Positions 1 through 13,028 of a DNA stretch of 64,000 nt are shown here, one piece after another. The notes under the pieces were generated by a model. It was not told where the DNA came from and did not search any database. It worked only from the letters and a program-made list of their open reading frames with translations. This DNA comes from Octopus vulgaris. Its lineage: Eukaryota. The translations under genes and the position numbers were made by a program. The stretch covers positions 62,372,001-62,436,000 of the forward strand of contig OX597832.1 of assembly GCA_951406725.2 (NCBI GenBank). The letters run 5' to 3'. Position 1 is the first letter of the stretch, and every line of letters starts with the position of its first letter.

Positions 1-747
1 CGAGATTTAGAACGAGAGAAAGAAACGGAGAGAACGTGAGAAAATCAGACAATTAGATTATATGGGAAACTAGAAGAAAATCATAAATGATGACAGAATG
101 TCCAAATTTACGAGAATTTGAATTTTGAGTTTCGCAAATGAAGAATATGAAAATATGACAATGTGTTTGATAAAATCATATTGAGACATAATGTGATACA
201 AGACACACACACATAAGACGGTGTGTGATAAAAGAAGATCATTATAAGAGAATAATATGTGAATGGGAAAATATATTATGAAGGAATCGATGAAATAATG
301 GAGGCATGTGGAATTCTTCACTTTTAGATGATATGGACAATGATGACATAGAATGAAAGAAAAGGGGAATAATAGAACATGTACACGAAAGAGTGAAACT
401 GTTTTATCCATTTCGGAACGTAGAAAAGTTCTCACATTGACGTTTCTTGTATTATTTCTTGTATATTAAAATAACTAAAATTTTTCGTCGCACTTCTGTG
501 GCCTGCACTTCAGCAGCGAAATGTATCATAATGTATTTGCTCAAATGAACCAATTATCCCAGGTTAAATCTTTGCAGATTTCATATTCCTAACCATCGCA
601 GAAACAAATTTAAGAGGATTGTGTTTTTTCGACTTTTTCATCAGCTTTCTTCACAATCCTTGTATCAAATAGACATGATGGATCAGTATAGAAATCATCA
701 TCATCATAATAATAATAATTATTGTGGTTGTTGTTGTTGTTGTTGTT

Positions 748-953
748 AAGGCGGCGAGCTGGCAGAATCGTTAGCACGCAGGTCGAAATGATAATTGGTA
801 TTTCGTGTGTCAACACATTGTGAGTTCAAATGCCGGTGGTGTCGACTTTACCTTTCATTTTTTCGGGTCGATAGAATAAGTACCAGTAATCGATGTAATC
901 GACTAAATCCCTTCCCCAAAAATTTCCGGCCGCGTGCCTATAATAGAAAGGAT
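748..953 (+). mobile_element. tRNA-derived SINE, family 1
   Basis: Head AAGGCGGCGAGCTGGCAGAATCGTTAGCA, B-box-like GAGTTCAAAT and body GTCGACTTT.CCTTTCAT are shared with the copies at 3883-4112 and 61579-61813. It ends in an (ATT)n tract. Confidence 0.8.
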
Positions 954-1190
954 TATTGTTATTATTATTATTATTATTATTATTGCTATTATTGCCGGCA
1001 TCATCATCGCCATCGTCGTCATTCTCAACTTCATCCTCTTCCTCATCACCCTCGCTGCCGTGGTCATCATCGCCATCAGCATCAACACCATCAGCATCGT
1101 CGTAAAGGTGAGGAATATCCTGGAGATGATGGAACAGTGGTGTTGTCACAGAAGTAGCAACAGCAGCAGCAGCAGCAGCAGTAGTAGCAA

Positions 1191-1271
<81 letters not shown>

Positions 1272-1530
1272 GAGTAGCGTTCTCGATGACATCAGGGAGA
1301 ATGGGCAAAGATTAAGGAGTTCGAAATTGTGATGCTAACAATAGTGGTGGCGGTGGTGGTGGTGGTATTGGTAAAGGTGATGGTGGTCGAGGACTGCTGC
1401 GGCAGCGGCGGTGGTTGTGGGGGGTATGATGGGGGCGTCGACGTCGGTGGTGGTGGTGGTGGTGGTGGTGGTGGTGGTGGAGGTGGTGGTGGTGGTGGCG
1501 ATTGTGGTGGTGTCGTTGACGACATCGATG
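954..1530. repeat. Cluster of triplet microsatellites (ATT, CAT, CAG, TAG, GGT)
   Basis: Directly visible. It generates the poly-T/A/P/H/G/S ORFs in the track. Confidence 0.95.
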
Positions 1531-1583
1531 CATTATTATTGCATTAAGAGAGAAACCAATCTTATTTTCCTTCCGCAGCTTAC

Positions 1584-1623
1584 TCTGGGATTCTGACTGG
1601 AGGCAACTCAGAGACTGCGACAT
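1584..1623 (-). CDS. Candidate alternative first coding exon (MSQSLSCLQSESQ, phase-1 donor)
   Basis: ATG at 1623-1621, 13 codons plus 1 nt, then AGA|GTAAGC. It lies in a non-repetitive island with GC-richer upstream sequence and has the same intron phase as the exon at 38219-38273. Confidence 0.3.
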
Positions 1624-2003
1624 CAAAATAAACCTTCGCTCGCCCTCCCGCTACAACAACGCCCCCAAACGCACACAGACACACTCTCCCACGCCGTTGA
1701 CAATCGCAAACACATACAAACCAAACCACAAACCACACACAAACATAGACACACATCAAAGGGCTAATTGTGTAGTTATAATTAAAACTCCTAATATCCT
1801 TCGAGATTTGCTTATTAAATCAGGTGGAACTTAACAAGTCCTCAACAAGCCTTAATACGTTCATATTCCATCTCATTCCTCTTCTACAGCTTCACTGTGA
1901 GGACGCCGCCATTCATAGATCGGCGTTTATTAATTAACATCGCTTTCATTTTAACCTCTCTCTCCTTTCTCTGCTCCTCTCTCTCCCTCTCTCCTTCTAT
2001 ATC

Positions 2004-2043
<40 letters not shown>

Positions 2044-2187
2044 AATCTCTCCGCCTAGCACTGTCTTTATCAGTCGCTCTATATCTAAGAATGTAGCTGT
2101 AAAGACACACAAACATAAACACTGGTATCTATGTATGTATAGATATATATCTGTGTCTATACACACACTCTCTCTCTCACACACACA

Positions 2188-2401
<214 letters not shown>

Positions 2402-2784
2402 CGTGTGTGTATATATAGGTATATATATATGCATTGTATTTATAGCTATCTCTTTTTTTTCTCTGTATTGATGTTGTGAAAGTAACGTTAGCACAGAACT
2501 GTAATCTTTTCCTATATTTGTAACTATTTATTTCTATATTTGACACACTAACAATCTCTTGCTTAATGTTCTCCTTATTTTATTATATATAGACATGCGC
2601 CCACAATCATCATTCGCACTCACGCACACGCACAAATATATATATATATATATACATATATATATGTATTGGGCTATTGTGGTTTCCTCGCTGAAGTGCG
2701 TTTTGTATCTCAGAATGAGTGTATGCGGATGTAAACAAAACGAAAGAAATTCTGCTAAGAGAATATGTATGCCTACGCGAGTTG

Positions 2785-2854
<70 letters not shown>

Positions 2855-3296
2855 GTGCGTGTGTGTATACGTATGTATGTACGTATATTTCTATGGATGT
2901 ATGTAATCATAAGATCAACGGATCTAAGCCTGTGTGCGACAGTACACACCTGCCATTTACATTAAAAGAAAAAGTAAATTAAATAGACTTTAAAAACGAT
3001 CCTGTGCACAACGCCCCATTTTTCGGTGATAGACTTGTCAGAATTTTGGATTTCGTTTTGGAGCCAATACCCTGGATTAGCTACTATAGCCGTTAAATCT
3101 CTGTTACCCTTTCCATCATCGCATCTTCGGGAATTTGGCATCTCTGCGCTTATGGAAATCAAATAAAAAACGGGAACGATTACAGTTTGTACATGAAGAG
3201 TTACGTTATTTGTTTATCTGTTTTAGAGCCGCGTGTTGACAAAACATTTTCTGAAGACCAATTTCATCCTTCCCATTAAAAACATTAAATTAACTG

Positions 3297-3355
<59 letters not shown>

Positions 3356-3882
3356 GATAAGATCGTTAATTTAATTATCGATCTTATCAAGTGGCCAGCA
3401 TGGGAATAAAAACCTTCAAAGTTAATAATTATTATTAAAATTATAATTTAGGATATCTAAGAGATACCACCACGCTGGAAATAGCAGCCAAAACGTGACT
3501 CTAAAACCATATTAAATGTTCATAGAGCACTAGTGCTGTATGAAAATTTAATGTGCCTTTAGAGTCCAGTAAAAATCCTGAGGTGGAATCCTGCTGAGAA
3601 CCATGAACGTAAGTGCTTAGATGCATTATGTAACTGGACGTTGATAATATGTTAGCGTCTTTTTATTATTTTTTTGTTTGTTTCAAGATGTCTAATTATC
3701 AGTATTTTAACCCACATAGATTTTTAAACCACACTCACGATTTCACCTAAGGAACCATGCTCTTGTTTCTATAACTTCGGAAAGTTGAACTACGAAATTT
3801 TATGCTTCTTTTCTATTCTTTCTTTCCGACTCCTAATTCTTTTACTCCTTTCCTATTTGTCGACATCTCATTAATATATACC

Positions 3883-4112
3883 TATTTCTTTATTACCCAC
3901 AAGGGGCTAAACACAGAGGGTACAAACAAGGACAGACATAGGTATTAAGTCGATTACATCGACCCCAGTGCGTAACTGGTACTTAATTTATCGACCCCGA
4001 AAGGATGAAAGGCAAAGTCGACCTCGGCGGAATTTGAACTCACAACGTAACGCAGACGAAATACCGCTGAGCATTTCGCCCGGCGTGCTAACGTTTCTGC
4101 CAGCTTGCCGCC
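3883..4112 (-). mobile_element. tRNA-derived SINE, family 1, full-length, with 44-bp flanking direct repeat
   Basis: Complete head to tail ending TAATAAAGAAA. Flanked by CTTTTACTCCTTTCCTATTTGT(C/T)GACATCTCATTAATATATACC at 3839-3882 and 4112-4155. Confidence 0.9.
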
Positions 4113-4355
4113 TTTTACTCCTTTCCTATTTGTTGACATCTCATTAATATATACCATTCTCTTTTTCCTCATTTTGTTCCCTATTTGTCTCTAATAACGG
4201 AATATTCCATACTCGGGGATATCCCAGAGACAGCTGTAAGGTTTTGAATTTTTTTTCTAAGAATAATACTGTATACGACTTGAGATGTTTGCCTTGCCAT
4301 AACGTTTGCTGTCCTGCTTAACAATTATACATACACACATACATGCATACATATG

Positions 4356-4422
<67 letters not shown>

Positions 4423-4504
4423 TAGAGATAAAACCACTGTTGTGCAACTCAAACAGTGATAGACTCCCTAATATTATTATTATTATATATATACAAGAGT
4501 GTGC

Positions 4505-4546
<42 letters not shown>

Positions 4547-4973
4547 CATTCATGTACACATATGCAAATATCCACAGACGTAGACATAGTTACGTACACA
4601 CACTTGTTAAAATTCATATCAATGGAACCAGTTAATTAAACGTTTCGATGCCAATAGCGTTTTCATCATCCAGAACGAAATGCAAGGAGACTAGAATTTA
4701 CATAAAAGACACTTAGACGTGTGCATACGAAGCTATACAAATCCTTGCGACTCTGACGACTGGATGTTGGAGGCCTTCAGGTGCCGTAATGGAACAGTCA
4801 AAACACATTCCACACCTTGGTAATTTTTATCCGTGCCAAATTTGAAATTGTTAATGAGGGATAATAACGCTATTTTCTTTCATAATGTAATCGAATTTTG
4901 TTTCGTAATGTAATGCGTTATTCATTAATAAAAACAGCGAAACAGCTGTAGGGACACTTAAACCCATTTCTCT

Positions 4974-5053
<80 letters not shown>

Positions 5054-5067
5054 TTATATATATATAT

Positions 5068-5548
5068 GTTTCTTTATTAGCCACACAGGGCTGCATAGAG
5101 ACGGGACAGATTACAAAGTAGAGCTTTTCTTTATGGGAGAAAAGAAGGAAAAAGGAAAGAAAAGAAAAAAGAAAAAGGAAAAAACGATCAATAGGGATTG
5201 TATATCACAGAAATGTCATGATGTAAAGTATAAAGGGGGAAGCAGATAGAACTTATCCGTGAAAAGAGAAGCCCACGGAAAAGAACACGGTAACTTCGGC
5301 CAATAATGTTACCTGTTAACACTTGTTTGCAAGTAGGTAATCCTCTGATTTTAAATTTTCCGGGATCATAGGATTATGCTCAAGGTGGTTTCGTCATTCA
5401 TAATTGCCATCCTTGCTACATTCACCCATCTTTTTTTGAAACATTCGCTAGACAAAACTTGCCTCTCTACTCTCACTTTCCTTTTCAAGTGATACTTGAA
5501 GAAGTTGATGAGAGATTGACTAGAGAGGAAAGTGTTTGTCTCCAATCC
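5068..5548 (-). mobile_element. 3' fragment of an L1/Tx1-like LINE (ORF2 C-terminus plus 3' UTR)
   Basis: Peptide LETNTFLSSQSLINFFKYHLKRKVRVERQVLSSECFKKRWVNVARM resembles the L1/Tx1 ORF2 terminal F..RW segment. The 3' UTR ends in AATAAA. Both ends abut (TA)n. Confidence 0.55.
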
Positions 5549-5598
5549 TAATATATATATATATATATATCCAATCCAATATATATATATCCAATCCC

Positions 5599-5661
<63 letters not shown>

Positions 5662-6524
5662 GTGTGTGTGCGCGTATTTGTCTGTGTATGAAGTTATGTA
5701 TCATGGGATCAGATAAATATTCATCATGTGACTCGCGATAACCAATGCTCGTCTCGATATTTGTTTGGTTATGAACGTATAGTTACATTTGTTTATAAAG
5801 CATTGCTTGATTATTCGAACAAATACTAACATTTGCCAGATTTTATACAGAAATAGGACGAGTCCGCAATTCATTCTCAACAAATATACACGCATGTCTT
5901 TTATAAAATATTTCATACTTCCGGTTCTTAATAGAATTGGAGCCGCACACACCATCTCCAGCTATGTTAACAATTACTTAGATATCAGAATAAATAGTTG
6001 AATATTGAGGCTGAACCTATCTCATATTTCTTAAAATACTCTCAAAATACGAGACATTCTACAAAAAATTCTGCACCAATATAACAAGATATAGTGAAAC
6101 CATTATACGAATGGTAAAACCAAAATACCTGTAGGGTATTAAAGACTTACAGTGAGAAAGTGAAATTCAAAACGAAGGACCTCAAAAACACCGTGCCCCA
6201 TTATATTGGATAAGCTTGACAAAACACCGGCTGTATTCGAACAAAGGGCATATCTTATAGGAGCATTTTCAGACAAAAACTTAACTTCTGTATATACATA
6301 CGTACATGTATGAACATAACGAGCAATGTGAAAGTGACCAGTATAAGACCAGATATACGTCTTTCGTATTATTATCTAATATATACATATACGCATATGT
6401 ATATTAATAGTAATAATAAAATGACGAAAAGAGAATGAGGCCTCGATATTAGGTAAAAAGAGGAAGTTATATGTGTATAATATAGGACAATCATGACAAC
6501 AACTTACTGATTGTCCTATACTAA

Positions 6525-6564
<40 letters not shown>

Positions 6565-6565
<1 letters not shown>

Positions 6566-6900
6566 ACAATTGCAGCGTGGAAGGTGTTTATAAGCCATTT
6601 AAGAAACACACAAAACCGTTAGATTCACTTCAACATCTAAATTTGTCAAAATATTTTCGTCGCTTTGAGACCGTGACCTCTTCACTGACAAAGCTTCGTC
6701 AGTGAAATTTTGTCAGTGAACAGGTCGCGGTCTCAAAGCGACGAAAATATTTTCACAAATAAAATTTAATTGTTGAAGTGAATCTAACGGTTTTGTGTGT
6801 TTCTTAAATGGCTTATAAACACCTTCCACGCTGCAATTGTTTTCGTTCCAGCACACGATCTCAGATCAAGTCACTCGCTATGCAAGTACATCTCCGTAAT
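6565..6900. mobile_element. Foldback repeat with about 130-bp arms, PLE pseudo-LTR-like, each arm with an HHR-like motif
   Basis: 6565-6692 is the reverse complement of about 6709-6841. The right arm continues to about 6900. Flanked by (TA)n. Confidence 0.8.
6709..6759 (+). ncRNA. Putative variant minimal hammerhead ribozyme (G3-C8 core)
   Basis: tttgtca-GTGAACA-g-gtcgc(ggtctcaaa)gcgac-GAAA-atat-TT-tcacaaa. The opposite arm (6642-6692, minus) has a perfect stem I tttgtca/tgacaaa but core GTGAAGA. Confidence 0.45.
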
Positions 6901-6947
6901 ATATATATATATATATATATATATAAACATATATATATGTATATATA

Positions 6948-6978
<31 letters not shown>

Positions 6979-7704
6979 ATATGTATATATATATATATAT
7001 ACATATAAATGTATACACACACACATATATATATATATATTTACACATATATACAGTTTATAGATAAGGGAAAAATATTATCCGTATAGAATACACTCGC
7101 TGTGCTTAAAATATATATACATATATATATATACATATATAAATATATATATACACATACATATAAAGAAAATTGCATATAATCATATATATATATATAT
7201 ATATATGCACATATCTTCATACACACGCGCGCACACACACACATATATATATATATATATAGGTATAGAGAGAGGAAGAGAGGGAGTGGAAGAGAGAGAG
7301 GAGGAGGGGGAGGATTGTATGTTCGAAAGGTGTCTATTTATATTTGAGTGCTGCGTAAAGATACTCGAAAGTGAAACTGATCTCCACAAATCGCTTATCT
7401 TTTAAATGATGCATTTTAGTGGAGCCAAGCTGGGCAGGTAAAACGTCGCATTTCGAGAGAGGAGCTGAAAATAGTTGGCGAGATAATAGCTGCATTACGT
7501 GTTTGTGTGTGTGTGTGTGTGAGCGTGTGAGTGTGAGCTTTCTGTATACATGTTTATATGTATATATATGTGTGTGTGTGTGTGTGTTGTGTCTGTGCGT
7601 GTACGTATGTAAATATATGTAGATATGTAGATATGTGTGATTACATATAACATATATGTATATGAGATTATTTATATGCATTAATATGTACGTTTGTATA
7701 TACA

Positions 7705-7776
<72 letters not shown>

Positions 7777-7777
7777 G

Positions 7778-7858
<81 letters not shown>

Positions 7859-7974
7859 TGGGTGCGTATATGTATACGTACACATATATGTCCATATGTA
7901 TATATGCATTTCCCACATAAATCTACGTATGTATATACATAAGTGTGCGTGTCAGTGTGTGTGCCTGTTTGTGC

Positions 7975-8046
<72 letters not shown>

Positions 8047-8143
8047 TTACACGCAAACACACGTTCACACACATGCATACACATACAATTACATATATAA
8101 ATTTATAGGTACATTAATTTGGGTCTACGAGTGATTTTATGTG

Positions 8144-8191
<48 letters not shown>

Positions 8192-8377
8192 TATATGTGT
8201 TTATTTCTGATAACACATAGGAGCAAAGATACAGCTTTCACGTGCACACACAAAGGGAACACACATAATTATGCATTTGTATTTATTTAATGATGGAGAT
8301 ATATGCATGTTTGTGAGGGGGAGAGGGAGAAGAGAGTGAAAGAGAGATGGGAGGGATTGAGTAGAAAGATCTATATG

Positions 8378-8461
<84 letters not shown>

Positions 8462-8490
8462 TAGATAGACACATGGATAGATAGAGATAG

Positions 8491-8527
<37 letters not shown>

Positions 8528-9195
8528 GACAGATAAATAGTTACATAAAAGAGTGATATATATTTATAACAATACACATACGATACACACACACAGCAAG
8601 ACGTGCAATCACATATCTACATAGGTACACGCACATACACACATACACATATATATATGCATATCTCTCAATCTATTTATATGAATATATAAATATATAG
8701 GTATATATCTATCTCTCATTCTCTCTCTCTCTCTCTCTCTCGATTTATATATATATATATATATATATATGTATACATTTACATTATATGTGCATGTATA
8801 AATGTATATGTACACAACCATCTATATGTATACACACACACACACATACATATACACACGTACATCGAGACAGGGAGTCATCTAGTGAGAGAGAGAAATG
8901 CATTCTTTGTCTCTATGCCCAGAACGATATAAACTCACCCAATTGTTAAACAACTCACATCTCACACCCTCTTCTTCCTCCGCCTCCTCCTCGAAACGCG
9001 GTGCGATTGTGACGACGGCTGTGTTTTCATTGTAAATATTACAGCCAAAAGTATCACAGGTAATAGGCGGTCTCTAATAACATCATTAACGGTTGCAGCT
9101 ACACACACACACACACGCACGCATATGTTTTTATATATATATGTATGTGTGTGTGTGTATGTGTATACATGTATATATATGTATATATATGTATG

Positions 9196-9267
<72 letters not shown>

Positions 9268-9288
9268 CATACACACACACACACACAC

Positions 9289-10450
9289 GTGGTCTGATCA
9301 ATATGATCAAGAAGTTGCCATAGTAACGAAGCTAAAGCAAGCTGGGTAAAACCACTTGGGAAAGCACGACCTTGAACACTGCCGGGCATCCGCACTAGGT
9401 TTTAACGTTCTAATTCACTTCCGCTGTTTACAGCAGTGTTTGGGAGGAAGGTGTGTAGCGTGTGATTATCGCATAGAAAACGACAGAGAATGCTGAGGAG
9501 GGAATCTGCATCAAATTTTGCGGAACAATTAGTGATGCCTGCTGAGAGGCCGAGGTGATGTTTTCAAAAGGTTTTCAACATTCTGGACACAATCAAGCGG
9601 CTGTTGTGCAACTGAAAGCAGTTTTGGCACAAACTTGGCATACATGCGTCTTATGCCCAAATTTGTATTGATAATGGAGTGAACTGAACCGTAACTAATC
9701 TGCGTGAGGGCGCGTGGCTTAGTGGTTAGGGCATTCGGCTCATGATCGTAAGGTTGTGAGTTCGATTCCCGGCGACGCGTTGTGTCCTTGAGCAAGACAC
9801 TTTATTTCACGTTGCTCCAGTCCACTCAGCTGGCAAAAATGAGTTGTACTTGTATTTCAAAGGGTCAGCCTTGTCACTCTCTGTGTCACGCTGATTATCC
9901 CCGAGAACTACGTTAAGGGTACACGTGTCTGTGGAATGCTCAGCCATTTGCACGTTAATTTCACGAGCAAGCTGTTCCGTTGATCGTATCAGCTGGGACC
10001 CTCGTCGTCGTAACCGGCGGAGTCTTTTAAGAACTAATCTGCACATCCTCTCATAGCTCACAGATGGTGATTCCACGATTTTCCCTCACTGCTGCGCGCA
10101 CATCTGTGAGGTTCTTCCCAGTTCTGCTGATTGCAGTTCTCCTAGCATCTTCGTTAATATCGACATTTTCCTGGCCATTTTGGAAACGTCTGTACCACTC
10201 AAACACCTGTATGCAGCTCAGGCAATCCTGTCCATACACTTTCTGCAACTTTGCGTATGCGACTTAACAATTACAGATAAAACGTTGCACACTTTTCTTC
10301 AAATTACTGCTGTAAACATCGAAAGTAAGTTAGAACATTAAATCTTAGAACGCATGCACAGCAGAGTACTGGGCTAATTTTTGGCAAACGGGCTCACCCT
10401 GCGTGTTTTAGTTTCATTACTATCGCAATAGTCTGGATTCTTACTGATCA

Positions 10451-10454
<4 letters not shown>
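9289..10454 (-). mobile_element. Internally deleted mariner-type DNA transposon with long degenerate TIRs
   Basis: Ends GTCTGATCA...ATAGTAA.GAA.CTAAA are inverted. Peptides QKVYGQDCLSCIQVFEWYRRFQNG (HTH) and LGIRRMYAKFVPKLL (WVPHEL-like) are present. Interrupted by a SINE. Confidence 0.8.
9704..10031 (+). mobile_element. tRNA-derived SINE, family 3, inserted in mariner
   Basis: A box TGGCTTAGTGG, B box GTTCGATTCC, central GTGTCCTTGAGCAAGACACT. TSD AACTAATCTGC at 9693-9703 and 10032-10042. Confidence 0.9.
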
Positions 10455-10501
<47 letters not shown>

Positions 10502-10509
10502 ATATATAT

Positions 10510-10596
10510 ATGTTTTTTTGACTATTTATTAAAATTTTATGTATTGATTAAGTCTTTCCTTGTTTGTTTTGCAAAATAGTGGTTTTGTCTCTAATA

Positions 10597-10650
<54 letters not shown>

Positions 10651-10808
10651 TATATGCATATACGTGTGTGTGTTTGTGCATCCCCATATACTTGTGCATA
10701 TATGTTTATATATGTACGTAGGAACGTATATATATATATATATAAGTATGTATATATATATATGTATATATATATATCTATATCTATATCTATATCTATA
10801 TCTATCTA

Positions 10809-10862
<54 letters not shown>

Positions 10863-10944
10863 TTTTTGACTATTTATTAAAATTTTATGTATTGATTAAG
10901 TCTTTCCTTGTTTGTTTTGCAAAATAGTGGTTTTGTCTCTAATA

Positions 10945-11000
<56 letters not shown>

Positions 11001-11164
11001 TATATGCATATACGTGTGTGTGTTTGTGCATCCCCATATACTTGTGCATATATGTTTATATATGTACGTAGGAACGTATATATATATATATATAAGTATG
11101 TATATATATATATGTATATATATATATCTATATCTATATCTATATCTATATCTATATCTATCTA

Positions 11165-11201
<37 letters not shown>
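10510..11201. repeat. Tandem duplication of an approximately 348-bp microsatellite-containing unit
   Basis: TGTTTTTTTGACTATTTATTAAAATTTT... starts at 10511 and again at 10859, with essentially identical unique segments. Confidence 0.9.
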
Positions 11202-11205
<4 letters not shown>

Positions 11206-11524
11206 CTGATATATGTATTTGCTCGTATATAATTTCCCTTTTCAAAATATTTTGACATATTGTCTTATTTTGAGACATAAGAGCTTTTGTTTCTGGTACA
11301 CTGTATTTATATTCCGCCGCTAATGTGTATTTATACAGGACGCGTGTCTGATAAATACGCGCGCACACACACACACTCAAGCACACATACAAACTCACGC
11401 ATGTACACAACCGTACATTTATATAAATGGACATATATGTGTGTCTGTGTGTGTGTGTGTGTGTGTGTACGTTTGTATATATGTATGTATATAGATAGAT
11501 AGATGGATAGTAAGATATTGACAA

Positions 11525-11566
<42 letters not shown>

Positions 11567-11568
11567 CT

Positions 11569-11641
<73 letters not shown>

Positions 11642-11658
11642 GTATCTTTGAATATATG

Positions 11659-11705
<47 letters not shown>

Positions 11706-11757
11706 ATATATATACATATATTTATATACCAATGTAAAAATATATATATATATAAAT

Positions 11758-11791
<34 letters not shown>

Positions 11792-11822
11792 TATATGTAT
11801 ATATACATATACATACATATAC

Positions 11823-11854
<32 letters not shown>

Positions 11855-12587
11855 GAGTGCTTATGTGTGTGTGGTGTATGCGATGTATACAAACATATAT
11901 TTATATGTTTACACTTATACAAAGATGGTACGCACATACATATGTTTGTATACATACATATATACATACATACATACATACATACATACATACATACATA
12001 CATACATACATACATACATACATACATACATACATACACACCTGCATAGTTTCCTTCCGAGAAGCGCCGGCGAATATGCAGGCCGGGTGGATTACTGGGG
12101 TACCCCACGGAGTGTACGATAAGGATTTTGGCGATCTCGATGATGTGAATAATTATAAGCCTAACAAAACTGTTGTTTATGATGATGATGATGATGCTGA
12201 GCACCATAGCTACAGCAACTAGCATGGTGGTGGCGCTGGTGCTGCTGATGTCAATAGAGGCAAAATGATATTGCTTATCTGCAGAAGTCATTAGTGATGT
12301 TTTTATAGACCTCCTACATGCTGTAAAATGTTTCGCTGTAATATTTTCTATGAAAACACACGAGTGAATATTCGCAATAGGATTCCTAACAAAGAGTGGA
12401 GGGCGATTGAGTTTATAACTGTGCTGGCATATATGGGTCTGTGTGCATCGGGATGGGCAAGTCTGCTGCAAGGGGCTATAATTACGTGTGCATGTGCACG
12501 TGTGAGTGTCTGTGCTTATGTGCATGTGTGTATGCATATTTGCACAGATATATTTATATCTATATATATATATGTATATATATATCA

Positions 12588-12641
<54 letters not shown>

Positions 12642-12765
12642 ATATATGTACAGTATATATATGTACATATATGCATATATACATATATGCATATGTACAT
12701 ATATATATATATATAGAGAGAGAGAGACATATGTATACATACATATATACATACATATATGTATA

Positions 12766-12988
12766 TCACCCTGATCTCCTTCACCGACCAGTCCGTCGGG
12801 CGTCCTTTTGACACCGCTGGTCACAGCACGCTGTCCACTCCTCTCTGGATCGCGTCTTTCTCATCCACGTGGTACCACCGTCGTGGAGCCCTTCCGAGTG
12901 TTCGTTTCCGCTCGCGCGGGTACCACTCGACAACTGCATGGGTCCACCGATTATCGGTGAGCCGGCCGACGTGTCCAGCCCATCTAAA

Positions 12989-12990
<2 letters not shown>
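12766..12990 (-). mobile_element. RTE-clade LINE 3' fragment
   Basis: [39 protein letters not shown] matches the RTE C-terminal W.GHV.R...R.GRP..RW motif. Flanked by TA-rich repeats. Confidence 0.85.

Positions 12991-13028
<38 letters not shown>

Noticed and set aside
826-1525. Poly-Thr/Ala/Asp/Pro ORFs resembling low-complexity transcription-factor regions
   Set aside because: They are built from triplet microsatellites, run into a SINE, and show no domain or convincing splice structure.
5700-6300. Possible very old PLE GIY-YIG remnant (HYIG near 6200)
   Set aside because: Too degenerate to support by eye.
8933-9030. Minus-strand first exon [21 protein letters not shown]
   Set aside because: A stop precedes the good GTGAGT donors, and the basic run derives from a CCT/CTT repeat.
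9704-9780. tRNA gene
   Set aside because: The A/B boxes belong to a SINE head with a body and TSD, and there is no complete cloverleaf. The same applies to 32300-32375, 33827-33900 and 50265-50340.
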